Shown: positions 19,001 to 28,312 of the stretch, piece after piece
Numbering within the stretch: position 1 is the stretch's first letter
How the letters are laid out: each line of letters opens with the position of its first letter
Virus record (IMG/VR): IMGVR_UViG_3300048858_000027
Span: 1 to 64,000 of that record
Source: a virus
Taxonomy: Duplodnaviria; Caudoviricetes
Reading direction: 5' to 3' (one strand)
Length of the DNA stretch: 64,000 nt
Notes under the pieces: generated by a model
The model's database searches: none
Told to the model about the DNA's origin: nothing
The model's input: only the letters and a program-made list of their open reading frames with translations
Translations under genes and position numbers: made by a program

Positions 19001-21805
19001 GTCATCCTCCAGGCACGGGACCGCTTCGGCAGCCTCTCGTCCACCATCTACGACCACATTGGCACCCTGGGTGAACTGGTCGCCAAGATCCGGGAGGTGC
19101 GGGCCGAGCTGCGTGGTGCGGCGCTGAACGATCTTCAGACCTTCCGTGAGACCCTCACCGCCCAGATCGAAGGGCTGCGGACCAATGTGGAGAACGCAGC
19201 GAACCAGAGGGCGCTGGCTCCTGTCCTGAGCGCCTTCGGCGTGCGCCGTGGTTTCCAGGGCCGTGACGTGGACACGATCATGGGTCAGCTCCCCGAGGGG
19301 GTGCGGGGCAACGAGAGCATTCGCCGCGCGCTGGAGATCGTCGGAGGCGCTGGCGCCGAGACCGTCACCGACGACAAGGGCAACAGCACCTATCGGGTGG
19401 ATCTGCTGGATATCCAGAAGATCCGTCAGCAGATCGGGGAGATGAAGGATCTGCCCGAGGCCCAGCGCAAGGCGTTGCAGGAGGCTCTCGGTGGGGTTGC
19501 CAGCAGCCGCTCGCGCCTGACCCAGACCCAGAACACGCTCTCGTCCACCGACCGCCAGATTCGGCAGGAGCAGTATAAGGGAACGCCGGAGTACCGCCGG
19601 GCCGAGGAGATCGTCTCCGCGCTCCGCGAACTGAACAGCACGACCCCGACCTTCGACAAGTTCAAGACCGAGGCGGAGCGTCAGCAGGCGGCGGAGGAAT
19701 ACAAGAAGCGCGCCAACCCCCTCCAGGCCGAATACGCCAAGCTGGCGGAGACCGCCCGCGGCCAGGGCATGTCCTTCGACGACCTGGGCATCGGCGCTGA
19801 TTACAGCAGCGTTAGCGGGGCCTTCACGACGCGGATGCGGCAGTTCGGCGAGGATGTGCGGCAGAACGCCATCGACCTCGCGACCGCCGAGGTCAGCGCG
19901 ATCAACCGCCAGGTCCAGCAGATCACCACCTCGCTGAAGGGCCAGGCCAGCGCCAAAGCGGCCCGTGACGCGCAGGCCGACATCGGCAGGCTCATGGACC
20001 GTGAGCTGGAAATTGAGCTGAAGAAGAATGAGCAGGATGTCGAGAAGGAGTTCAAGAACCGTCCGGTCGATGTCCGCCAGAGGATCCTGAGCGAGCGCAA
20101 CGAAGCCGCCCGCTTCTCGAACCAGCAGGCCCGCGCGTCCGCGAACAACGCGGTCATCGACAACACCTCGCGCGAGATGCAGTCGTTCATCTCCGCGGAG
20201 CAGGACCGGCTGCGCACCTTGGTCCAGCGCAAGGGTCGCTCCGGGGGCACCCGTGGCGGAAGCGACGAGATCGCGGCCTCGCGGAACAAGATCGAGCAGA
20301 TGGTCCGCGAGCGTGGAGCCCTGGAAGGGTGGTCCTCCGAGGTCACTGAAGCGAACGTGCGCCGCGCCCTGGGCTCGTCGGAGCGGTCGGAATACAGCGC
20401 GAACCACTCGGGCTCCGCGCCCAAGCGCGACCCGAACCGCCCCTGGGATGTCGATGATCTCGACACCAAGCCGAACTTCTCGCGGCAGCTCTCGCAGATC
20501 AACAAGGAAGCCGAGACAGCCCTGAACGCGACCGAGTTGCCGATCCAGGCGCGCAAGGCTGAACTGGAAGCGGCCCGCCGGAACCCGAACATGTTCCCGC
20601 AGGCTTATTTCGACCAGCGCAACGAAGAGATCAACCAGATGCAGATCGCGGCAGATGCTGCCGAGGTCAAGATCAGGGAGACCCAGCTCGCACGCCTGGA
20701 GAGCTTGAAGACTGAGGCGCAGAACCGCCTGGCAGAAGTCGAGAAGCGCCTGGCTGACCTGGGCAATCCTGACGAGAAGCTGCGCACCTTCAAGACGGAG
20801 GAGGAGCGCAGCGATTACAGGAGCAGCTACACGCGCGCCCAGCGGGAGGTCGAGCAGCGGCGGCAGGAACTGGAGCAGATCGGCACCCAGAGCCGGCAGG
20901 TCACGACCGATCGCAACCGTGCGGCTGCGACAGGTGCTGCCCGCACCGCTTCAGGGGAACAGACCACCTGGGACGCCTTCACCGTCGCGGGTGACGACTT
21001 CAAGAAGAAGTTCGGTCTCGACGACAGCACGTCTGGCTTCAAGGAATGGGGCGACAACTTCACCAATGTCATGTCCACCATGCAGCAGGCGGCGGGTGGC
21101 TTCTTCACCGACTTCGTGACGGGCAATATGAAGGCGAGTCAAGCCATCAAGGGCTTCGCCAAGTCCGTGCTGACCAGCGTGGCTCAAATGGCGGCGAACA
21201 AGTTCGCAGCGCAGATGATCGGCCTCGGCATCAGCCTGATCTCCAGCCTCGGCGGCGCAGCCGCGGGCGGCGGATTCACCGACGCGGGCACCGCTGTCGG
21301 TGGCTCCACGATGTATGCCTATAACGGCGGCCCCGTGAAGCGTTTCGCTGCAGGAGGCAAGGTCCAGGGGACGCATCTCGGCCGCGATAGCGTGAAGGCC
21401 CTGCTGGCACCAGGCGAGGGCGTGCTGAACCGCCGCGCCATGGCGATCATCGGAGAGGAGGGTCTGGCCGCCCTGAACCGCGGCCAGGCTGTGGTTGAGC
21501 AGGCGCGCACGCGGGTCCGTCGCTACGAAGGTGGTAGCAGCCCGTTGGGTAGCACCATGCAGCAGCCTGCCTCTTCCCTGGTGGGGGCCGGAACCTTCGC
21601 CGGCATCAACAAGGCGGTGGGCAATATCCAGGGGGGCCTCAAGCCCGTCCCGACCCGCAAGCCCGATGAGGTGAATGTCTTCGTCATGGCGCCGGATCAG
21701 AAGCCCAGCCTGGGGCCGAAGGACGTGCTGGCCATCATCGGTGAGGACATCGCCACGGGCGGCAGCACCAAGAAGCTCATCAAGCAAGTGACGGTAGGAG
21801 CCTGA
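16082..21805 (+). CDS. Tape measure protein
   Basis: 1907 aa, Ala/Gln-rich helical, TP901-like core (TKFSATELTEAATAMAQAG), hydrophobic central segment, follows the chaperones. Confidence 0.92.
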   Translation: MANEDPINIPVTVSLGDTGSQVENLSRKIESLTRQVDSLGGVFDRLGKGQKGLQDTLGKLTQIQKVLATPNAEVGLLNAVKRAADQTKKALDELPVQRLMAGGQQGLGRIVANTARSNDPAAVASAQEVARRQVAERTLTVAQLEGARAATNNATEIKDLTRQINAANKQLGDWSKRLEGINARMAQIDSDLKVQKGVTNRVRGLEIDRQFQATAEYQARIARRASEQQARETQRQSIEADRLNTRIRANTLGAPRARDQGTMEGLESNSRLLSRDDYRRMVVQNGVARGLLNQQTSEALLANPEGFSQGVTLGVMRRKMQDAIKAAVQTPFEEWSKALETLGSVRTARTQWQARLADIKQSTEAQRLEEVAVRAAETRANLLANNTRYRTAQINGGAASQQLSQEALLQNLRNPAYVSGREFAAAQGQRINNAASLRNYNDPDAVNEMVRLSLARQRANNRSQRALMDDPELAAETRSISSAKTMDRLTGDGGATLLKVQGILLLHYTLLNKIQSVFTNAAGAVVAFDNELKQLQAISASTNGEMEGLRKTILDVSTGTKFSATELTEAATAMAQAGLSAQDIGSALKGVSLLATATGTDLKTAVEIATTSMGVFKMRADEMPGIANQMTAALNLSKLSVEQVGVGFQYVANTAAEAGLTLTEVTAAMATMANQGIRSGSTMGTGMRQLLIDLQNPSEELTKRIHQLGLGMSDIDVRANGLSGVLQNLRNAGFTSADAFATIEVRAAAAFTALSRGQADLTSLTQGILEADGAAKANAVQMESLANKALQLGNVIVSLAASAAEPLMTALKGVVGGLTEVLGLIDPNSTALKVFGTVAAAVATGGLVIWLGRLAVNLVSLPTLLGAARGAVLSFQIATSSATGASVALGSAMKAIPFLAIAGAIGGVITYMATYKSEADLAAAKNEKLAEAVNTAKAAVEDKKQSLDSLDQFLNTVIGRTEQLSRNEEELNRVILQARDRFGSLSSTIYDHIGTLGELVAKIREVRAELRGAALNDLQTFRETLTAQIEGLRTNVENAANQRALAPVLSAFGVRRGFQGRDVDTIMGQLPEGVRGNESIRRALEIVGGAGAETVTDDKGNSTYRVDLLDIQKIRQQIGEMKDLPEAQRKALQEALGGVASSRSRLTQTQNTLSSTDRQIRQEQYKGTPEYRRAEEIVSALRELNSTTPTFDKFKTEAERQQAAEEYKKRANPLQAEYAKLAETARGQGMSFDDLGIGADYSSVSGAFTTRMRQFGEDVRQNAIDLATAEVSAINRQVQQITTSLKGQASAKAARDAQADIGRLMDRELEIELKKNEQDVEKEFKNRPVDVRQRILSERNEAARFSNQQARASANNAVIDNTSREMQSFISAEQDRLRTLVQRKGRSGGTRGGSDEIAASRNKIEQMVRERGALEGWSSEVTEANVRRALGSSERSEYSANHSGSAPKRDPNRPWDVDDLDTKPNFSRQLSQINKEAETALNATELPIQARKAELEAARRNPNMFPQAYFDQRNEEINQMQIAADAAEVKIRETQLARLESLKTEAQNRLAEVEKRLADLGNPDEKLRTFKTEEERSDYRSSYTRAQREVEQRRQELEQIGTQSRQVTTDRNRAAATGAARTASGEQTTWDAFTVAGDDFKKKFGLDDSTSGFKEWGDNFTNVMSTMQQAAGGFFTDFVTGNMKASQAIKGFAKSVLTSVAQMAANKFAAQMIGLGISLISSLGGAAAGGGFTDAGTAVGGSTMYAYNGGPVKRFAAGGKVQGTHLGRDSVKALLAPGEGVLNRRAMAIIGEEGLAALNRGQAVVEQARTRVRRYEGGSSPLGSTMQQPASSLVGAGTFAGINKAVGNIQGGLKPVPTRKPDEVNVFVMAPDQKPSLGPKDVLAIIGEDIATGGSTKKLIKQVTVGA

Positions 21806-21806
21806 T

Positions 21807-22793
21807 ATGGCGCGCGTAGAAAACCTTCTGCTCTACTCGGGCCGGTTCGATCAGACTGCCTGGGTCAAAAGTGCTTCTCTGGCGCCGCTGTCGTCCACCT
21901 TCAGTGCCAGCTCGCCCACAAAGCGGGTATCCACCTGGAGGGTTACGGCAACAAGCTCACCGAACCTGGGGCAGCGCGCCGATAAAGCCTACCGCGCTCC
22001 CGGCGCGCGTTACGTCGCATCGGTGTGGTTGCAGCCGCAGTTCCACTCCGGCCCGATGCGTCTCGTCTTGCAGGATACCCCCACCGAGACAAGTCGGATA
22101 GATATGTGGTTCGATCCGATCAAGATGATCTTGAAGGGCATCACCGGCACGCCCTCCCCATCGGGGCGCAGTTGGTCCCAGCCGGAGGCAGGATTCGAGG
22201 CACTGGCCGATGGATGGTATCGGGTGTGGCTTGCGGCCACGCTCACCACGGCCACGCAGGCTGACAATGGTATCACCGTGCGTCTCTACACCGACCTGCC
22301 CGCCACGGTCGGATGGGTGATGACGATCGGGGGGATCCAGCTTTCCAGGGCCGATACCCTCTCCAGCTATTACGTGGAGACCAACAACACCGTTGTTTTC
22401 GGAGTCTCCTACGACCCCTTCGACTTCCCGTTCCACACTTTCTCGACCATCTACCCCGACAACTCAACGCGGGTACAACTAGGCAAGAGCTACATCTTCA
22501 CTTCGCGCCCGCAGGGGCCGCCGCAGCGGATCTTCAAGCTGCGCTTCGAGGGTATGCGCTGGTTCCTGACCTCCGAAGGCTTGCGGGATATCTCGACGAT
22601 GCCGCAGCACAACCTGGCGCGGATGGAAGACTTCTACCGGGGCGTCGAACTGTGGAAGTCGTTCCTCTGGAACCACCCCCTGGAGGGTACGAAGACCGTG
22701 CGGTTCAACAAGCCTCTGGAGATCCCGGAGCAGATCAAGGGCGGCTCCGGCGTGGTGAACCCGTTCGACATTGAGTTGCTGGAGCAGCCATGA
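21807..22793 (+). CDS. Distal tail protein with N-terminal carbohydrate-binding-like domain
   Basis: NLLLYSGRF jelly-roll-type N-terminus; C-terminal PQRIFKLRF...EDFY..G..KSFLWNHP distal-tail pattern; follows tape measure. Confidence 0.65.
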   Translation: MARVENLLLYSGRFDQTAWVKSASLAPLSSTFSASSPTKRVSTWRVTATSSPNLGQRADKAYRAPGARYVASVWLQPQFHSGPMRLVLQDTPTETSRIDMWFDPIKMILKGITGTPSPSGRSWSQPEAGFEALADGWYRVWLAATLTTATQADNGITVRLYTDLPATVGWVMTIGGIQLSRADTLSSYYVETNNTVVFGVSYDPFDFPFHTFSTIYPDNSTRVQLGKSYIFTSRPQGPPQRIFKLRFEGMRWFLTSEGLRDISTMPQHNLARMEDFYRGVELWKSFLWNHPLEGTKTVRFNKPLEIPEQIKGGSGVVNPFDIELLEQP

Positions 22794-23278
22794 GCGAGTC
22801 TCTTCCCAGCTCCCATCTTGAATCCGCCCGTGGGCTGGAGGCGGACGCCTTTGTCTACCTTTACCGGATCAACCTCTATCCTGCTGGCAAGGTCTGCCTC
22901 ACGGAAGTGAAGTCTGTCTTCTGGCAGGGCGAGACCTACGAACAGATCGGCATCAAGATGGGCAACGTCTCAGCCTATGCGGATGAGCAATCGTCCAGGC
23001 CGAAGCTCCAGGTGCAGAACCCTGATGCTATCTTCTCGGAACTCATTTCCCAGGGACAGCTCGATGGCGCCTCGGTCACACGCTACCGCGTGCTGCTCGA
23101 TGACCTTCTGAACGACCGGAACGTCTTCATCAAGCAGAGCTGGCGGGTCGGTCGCGTCACCGGGCTGAATCGCATCAGTCTTTCGCTGGAACTCCGCGAT
23201 CTGACGGACGGTCCTAACTTCGTCATCCCGACCATGACGTTCAGCCCACCGAAGTTTCCTGTCGTGAGGATCCGCTGA
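22790..23278 (+). CDS. Minor tail protein, gpL/DUF1833-like
   Basis: FWQGETYEQIG, PKLQVQN, GASVTRYRVLL, SLELRD, PPKFP motifs. Confidence 0.7.
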   Translation: MSESLPSSHLESARGLEADAFVYLYRINLYPAGKVCLTEVKSVFWQGETYEQIGIKMGNVSAYADEQSSRPKLQVQNPDAIFSELISQGQLDGASVTRYRVLLDDLLNDRNVFIKQSWRVGRVTGLNRISLSLELRDLTDGPNFVIPTMTFSPPKFPVVRIR

Positions 23279-23829
23279 TGTTGATTGCCTGGGACAACCT
23301 GCTGGACCTGCCTTACGAGCATGGCACAGCCGACTGCTACCAGCTCGTGAAGCAGTTCTATTCTCAAACATTCAGTATTTCGTTCGCGGATTACGCCTAT
23401 CCCGAAGTCTGGTGGGATACCAACCCCGAACTGAATCTGTATCTGAAGAACTACGACAAGGAAGGCTTCCAACTTGTAGATGCCGATTCGGCTCGTCATC
23501 TGCAATTCGGTGATGTATTCCTCATGGCATGTGCCAGTCGTGTTGCGAATCATGCAGGAATCTGGTTGGGGAATGGGGATTTTCTCCATCACCCGTACCA
23601 AGCGCTCAGCACGACCGCACGCTGGGCGGGAGGGTGGATGACCCGAACGGTGGGCGTCCTTCGCCACCCGGATGTGGCCGCGCTGATTCCGCAGGAAGTG
23701 ATCGGCGTGGAGACCTTGATACCCAAAGGAAAGCGGGACCGTTACCGTGAACTCCTCGCTAAACACACGTCTTCTCAGCTTCCTACCTGGACACAACGAG
23801 AGGGTGGGATTGGTCCTCAAGAGTGGTGA
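23278..23829 (+). CDS. NlpC/P60 (C40) tail-tip peptidase
   Basis: ADCYQLV catalytic Cys, NHAGIWLG, FLHH. Confidence 0.85.
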   Translation: MLIAWDNLLDLPYEHGTADCYQLVKQFYSQTFSISFADYAYPEVWWDTNPELNLYLKNYDKEGFQLVDADSARHLQFGDVFLMACASRVANHAGIWLGNGDFLHHPYQALSTTARWAGGWMTRTVGVLRHPDVAALIPQEVIGVETLIPKGKRDRYRELLAKHTSSQLPTWTQREGGIGPQEW

Positions 23830-24079
23830 AGTGATCGAGCTGCGCAACATCGCAGCCGATCCCCTGCTCGCCTTTGATGTCGATGGACGCGACATGATTG
23901 CACATGAAGAGGATGCAGTTGCCACTTGGCACACACATCCCTTCGGCAAGTCCGAGATGAGCGCCGACGATATGATCGGGTTCCTCATGTGGCCCCACCT
24001 GCTGCACTACGTCATCAGCCCTGAAGGCGTGCGGTGCTACCGGGTGAAGAATGGCGCGGTGCTGCACGATGAAGGTTAA
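23747..24079 (+). CDS. JAB/MPN-domain tail-tip protein
   Basis: ERVG...WHTHP...MSADD JAMM motif intact. Confidence 0.8.
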   Translation: MNSSLNTRLLSFLPGHNERVGLVLKSGEVIELRNIAADPLLAFDVDGRDMIAHEEDAVATWHTHPFGKSEMSADDMIGFLMWPHLLHYVISPEGVRCYRVKNGAVLHDEG

Positions 24080-24695
24080 GATCCACGTTCACGGGGCTCT
24101 GCGCGAACATCTCCCGGCCGTCTGGGAATGCGACGCAGCAACTGCGGCTGAGGCGATCAGCGGCCTGACCCGACAGTTCAAGCTGCGCGCTCCAGGTCCA
24201 GGCCGGCGGTGGGCTCTGAAGGTGCCGGGGTTCGATACCGAAGCCTCACTGAAATCACCACTCGCGGTCGATGAGCTCCACCTGGTCCCCTACTTTGGTG
24301 GGTCTGGTGGTAAGGGTGGTGGCATCTTCCAGGTCGTCATCGGCGTCGTGCTGATCGTGCTTGCTGCTGTGGCAGCCTACTACGGCAACTTTCAGTTGGC
24401 TGCGGCCCTCGCTGCCGCTGGTGTCTCCAGCCTGGCGGGCGGCCTCGTCGCATTGATGTCGGCAGCTCCGAAGGTAGAGCCCAACACCAATGAGGAGATC
24501 GAGGACTCGAAGTATCTCGGCGCAGCGGGGAACACCACCAAGTCCGGTACGCGCATCCCCCGCGGCTTCGGCAGGTTCCTGGTCTACGGCCACTACATCT
24601 CATTCGACATCGAAGCTGATCCTGCGCCTGTGCTGGGCCAGCCCCCGCGTGCGGATCAACGCCGTCTCCTTGGCACCTATCGAGTGACAACCTGA
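24069..24695 (+). CDS. Tail assembly protein, gpI-like
   Basis: MKVKIHVHGAL ubiquitin-like N-terminus, Gly-rich hydrophobic centre, GNTTKSGTRIP.G.G. Confidence 0.8.
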   Translation: MKVKIHVHGALREHLPAVWECDAATAAEAISGLTRQFKLRAPGPGRRWALKVPGFDTEASLKSPLAVDELHLVPYFGGSGGKGGGIFQVVIGVVLIVLAAVAAYYGNFQLAAALAAAGVSSLAGGLVALMSAAPKVEPNTNEEIEDSKYLGAAGNTTKSGTRIPRGFGRFLVYGHYISFDIEADPAPVLGQPPRADQRRLLGTYRVTT

Positions 24696-27600
24696 TGCAG
24701 AACTTCTCCGGTGCTGGTGGCGGAACCACCACGAAGCAGAAGACGCCGACCGAGACCAAGGACAACCTCCGGTCCAAAGACAAGATCGAGGTGCTGCTGG
24801 GGCTCTGCCGCGGGCCTATCCACGGTCTGGTGGATGGGCACAAGTCCGTCTACATCGGTGACACCAAGCTGCAGAACGCGGATGGCACCTACAACTTTCC
24901 TGACGCCGGCTTCACCGTCTATCCTGGGAACAACCCTGGCGAGACGATCTATCCGTTGCTGGGAGGGTTCGAGGACTGGCGCCAGGTCGGCAAGGATCTT
25001 GCCTACAATGTGCCGCATCAGGCCAACACGCAGACAGTGAACCCGTCGCAGGTCATCCTGCGCTTTCAGGTCAAGAAGCTGTATCAGACCACCGACTATG
25101 TGGTGGACGATTACAGCACGCGCGGCACCATCCCACACCGTGCGCGGTTCAACATCCGCTACAAGATGGTCGGCAACGACGAGTGGATCTACCCTTACGC
25201 GGAACCCTACGAGATCCTGGGTCGCACTCTCGACGGGGAAGTCCACGAGATCCGCGTGCCCAACAACTCTGGTCTCCCCGGCCCCTTCACCTTCGAGGTG
25301 ACGCTGCTGACGGCCGACACGGAGATGGCTCCGTGTCAGGTCTATTGGGAGGGCTTCTATGACGTGATGGCGGGGCTCTATGGCCTGACCCGCTCGACCA
25401 CGATCAACACCCGCCTGGAACCCTCCTCGGCCATTACCCGCACGACCGACACGCCGGGTGAGCGGCTGGATGGCTCGACGGGCATCGACATGATCGACCT
25501 GCGTTTCACGGTCAGCTCCCTCTACATCGCCAACCCTCAAGGCACCTTCGACGACGAGATCGACCTGCTGATCGAGGCGAAGCCGACCACCAGCAACACC
25601 TGGCAGAAGCCTTTCGGTGGCACGGTGAAGATCCGCGGTAAGACCACCAGCGCGGTGGTGTTCGAGTATCGCTTCAACGTCCAGCCGATCAATGTCCCGT
25701 ATGACATCAGGGTCACGCGCATCTCGGGCGACCTGCCGGAGCACTACCGTGATATCGTCTGGGAGTCGTTCCAGGAGATCGTCGGCGGCCCGGCGCGGTT
25801 CGATGATGTGGCGGTCGCCCATCTGACGGCGCGGGCCAGTGACCAGTTCTCCAGCCTGCCCGACTTCTCGGCGGAATACTATCTGGAGAAGTGCCGCGTC
25901 CCGACGAACTACGATCCCTGGACGCGGACCTACACTGGTACATGGGACGGCGCCTGGAAGGTCGAGTGGACGAACAACCCGGCCTTCTGCTTCTACCAGC
26001 TCGCCATGGATGCCGTGGATGGTGCCAAGAAGTTCTGGCCCGACCTCAGCATCAACAAGTTCGACATCTACGATGCTGCCCGCTGGTGCGATGAACTGGT
26101 GCCCAATGGGAAGGGCGGCTGGCAGCCGCGCTACACCTTCAATGGACTGATCACCGAAGCACGCGGCATCAAGGACCAGCTCCGCTACATGGCGGGCGTC
26201 TTCAACGCCACCTTCGTGGATGACCTGAACGGTGCAATCCGCCTGGTCATTGACAAGGACGACGCGGCCACCGCCATCTTCGGGCCGGAGAACATCTACG
26301 AGGAAGGGTTCCAATACAGCTATACGGACCCGTCCACGCGCTTCAATGACTTCACCGTCAAGTTCGCCAATCCCGATCTGAAGTACGAGACTGACACCAG
26401 GGTCCTGCGGGATTCGGATCACCAGGCGCGTTATGGTGCGATCCCTTATGACTTCATCGGCATCGGTTGCACCGATGCCCATGAAGCCATGCGGCGGGCG
26501 GCGCACAAGATGATCACGGCGACGACCGAGGTGGAGATGGTGAGTTTCACCACGAACCGCCGGGGTCTCTATGTCCGCCCCTATGACATCATCCTGGTGA
26601 GCGACCCTGACATGGGTTACGCGCTCTCGGGGCGCATCAAGTCCCTCAACGAGAACCGCACGATCGTGTCCGTGCGCGATCCGCTCTACCTGGAAGATGG
26701 TGTGGTCTACACCCTGCAGGTCGAGGTTCCGAACCCCACGACTGGCAGCTTCGATCTCGTTTCTGTGCCTCTGGTTGGCCCCTATGACGGCTATGTCTAC
26801 GACTTCGAGCTGTCGGCACAGCTCCCGGAAGGGCTGCCCGCCTATGCCTACTTCACGCTCGGTGCGGTGGGCAGTCTCGCTGGCACCCCGAAGCCCTATC
26901 GGGTCCTCTCCATGGAGGAGGTCGAGAGCAACCCCGATCAGGTGATGATCTCGGCTGTTGAGGTCAATCGGAACAAGACCATCCTCTCGGATTCGGTCAA
27001 GGATTCCGCGGTCCTCGAATACACCAACATGCCGTCCGAGATCGCGCCTCCGGTGGGGCTGCAGGTCTACACCACCACTGCCAATGTGAACGGCAAGATC
27101 GTCGCCTCGGTCACGCTGACCTGGACACCTTCGCCCGACCCGCGTGTGAACCGCTACCAGGTCCACTATCGCCTGAGCGGCGAGACCGCCTGGCAGGTCG
27201 GCCCGACCGTCAGCGGCACGCGCGCCGAGATCCTGAACATCCCGAACGGCACCTACGATTTCCGGGTTGGTGCCGTGGCGGGCGTGCTGGGCGTGACCTC
27301 CAGCATCACGGCGGATGGCGTTCCGGCGGGCCTGATGGTGCCGCCCTCGAACGTGCCCTACCTGGATGTGGGCGTGATTGGCGATGGTATCCGGCTCACC
27401 TGGGGTGCCGTGCCTGATGCCGACCTGGCCTATTACTGGATCCGCTACACGCCCCTCATCGGTCCCGATGCAACCTGGGGCGTGGCGATGGACTTGGTTG
27501 CACAGGTCACTGGCACCAGCGTGCAGGTGCCTCTGGCTGCGGGAACCTATTTCATCAAAGCGGTGGATGTCACCGGAACGGCCTCGCGCCAGGCAACCGG

Positions 27601-28312
27601 GGGCAGCACCGCCGCCACGCCTATGGGGTTGAACGCGGTCTCGCGCGTCGATCATCACCCGCTCTGGTCCGGTGAGAAGGTCGGTTGCTACGTCGATCAG
27701 GGAATGCTGAAGAAGATTCCAGGCTTTGAAGGCCCGCCCTATTACGTGGCCTATACCGAAGATCTAGGCGTGGATTACGTCTGCCGGCTCAGCCTGGAGA
27801 TGGTCGGGTCCGCGGAGATCGACGGCTACAACATGATCAACTGGCCCCGGCTGGCTGACATGCCGAACCTGACAGGCGCGGCGCCTGGCGACTTCGAGTT
27901 CCGGGTGACGTTCAATGTCAACCGTGGTGGTATCTGGCAGGGTTGGCAGAACTTCGTGCCTGGTGAGTATGAGGGCAGGCACTTCGCCTTCCTCATCAGC
28001 ATGGTCTCGAACCGCGACAAGGTTATGCCGGTTCTGATGCGCGTAACCACTGTGGTGGACATGCCCGATCGCATCGAGTCGAACAGCTACGCGATCGTGC
28101 CAAGCGGTGGTCTGGATGTGACATTCTCCCGGCCCTTCCGCGTTACGCCGAGCATCGGTGTCACTGGCAAGAACGCTCAGACAGGCGATTACTACATTAT
28201 TTCAAACGAAAGCCCGAGCGGCTTCCGCGTGCAATATTACAACGCAGCAGGAAGCCCTGTGAGCAGGACGATCGCTTGGATCGGTGCCGGGTATGGATAC
28301 GGAGTCATCTGA
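24695..28312 (+). CDS. Central tail fibre/tip attachment protein, gpJ-like
   Basis: 1205 aa; EVLLGLCRGPIHG, WTNNPAFC, RYTFNG motifs and FNIII-like repeats. Confidence 0.88.
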   Translation: MQNFSGAGGGTTTKQKTPTETKDNLRSKDKIEVLLGLCRGPIHGLVDGHKSVYIGDTKLQNADGTYNFPDAGFTVYPGNNPGETIYPLLGGFEDWRQVGKDLAYNVPHQANTQTVNPSQVILRFQVKKLYQTTDYVVDDYSTRGTIPHRARFNIRYKMVGNDEWIYPYAEPYEILGRTLDGEVHEIRVPNNSGLPGPFTFEVTLLTADTEMAPCQVYWEGFYDVMAGLYGLTRSTTINTRLEPSSAITRTTDTPGERLDGSTGIDMIDLRFTVSSLYIANPQGTFDDEIDLLIEAKPTTSNTWQKPFGGTVKIRGKTTSAVVFEYRFNVQPINVPYDIRVTRISGDLPEHYRDIVWESFQEIVGGPARFDDVAVAHLTARASDQFSSLPDFSAEYYLEKCRVPTNYDPWTRTYTGTWDGAWKVEWTNNPAFCFYQLAMDAVDGAKKFWPDLSINKFDIYDAARWCDELVPNGKGGWQPRYTFNGLITEARGIKDQLRYMAGVFNATFVDDLNGAIRLVIDKDDAATAIFGPENIYEEGFQYSYTDPSTRFNDFTVKFANPDLKYETDTRVLRDSDHQARYGAIPYDFIGIGCTDAHEAMRRAAHKMITATTEVEMVSFTTNRRGLYVRPYDIILVSDPDMGYALSGRIKSLNENRTIVSVRDPLYLEDGVVYTLQVEVPNPTTGSFDLVSVPLVGPYDGYVYDFELSAQLPEGLPAYAYFTLGAVGSLAGTPKPYRVLSMEEVESNPDQVMISAVEVNRNKTILSDSVKDSAVLEYTNMPSEIAPPVGLQVYTTTANVNGKIVASVTLTWTPSPDPRVNRYQVHYRLSGETAWQVGPTVSGTRAEILNIPNGTYDFRVGAVAGVLGVTSSITADGVPAGLMVPPSNVPYLDVGVIGDGIRLTWGAVPDADLAYYWIRYTPLIGPDATWGVAMDLVAQVTGTSVQVPLAAGTYFIKAVDVTGTASRQATGGSTAATPMGLNAVSRVDHHPLWSGEKVGCYVDQGMLKKIPGFEGPPYYVAYTEDLGVDYVCRLSLEMVGSAEIDGYNMINWPRLADMPNLTGAAPGDFEFRVTFNVNRGGIWQGWQNFVPGEYEGRHFAFLISMVSNRDKVMPVLMRVTTVVDMPDRIESNSYAIVPSGGLDVTFSRPFRVTPSIGVTGKNAQTGDYYIISNESPSGFRVQYYNAAGSPVSRTIAWIGAGYGYGVI

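Noticed and set aside
15794-20407. Long minus-strand ORFs (861 aa, 591 aa) over the tape measure
   Set aside because: Shadow frames of the tape measure gene; no RBS or domain evidence.
24677-27658. 993-aa minus-strand ORF
   Set aside because: Antisense to the gpJ-like gene; typical GC-rich shadow ORF.
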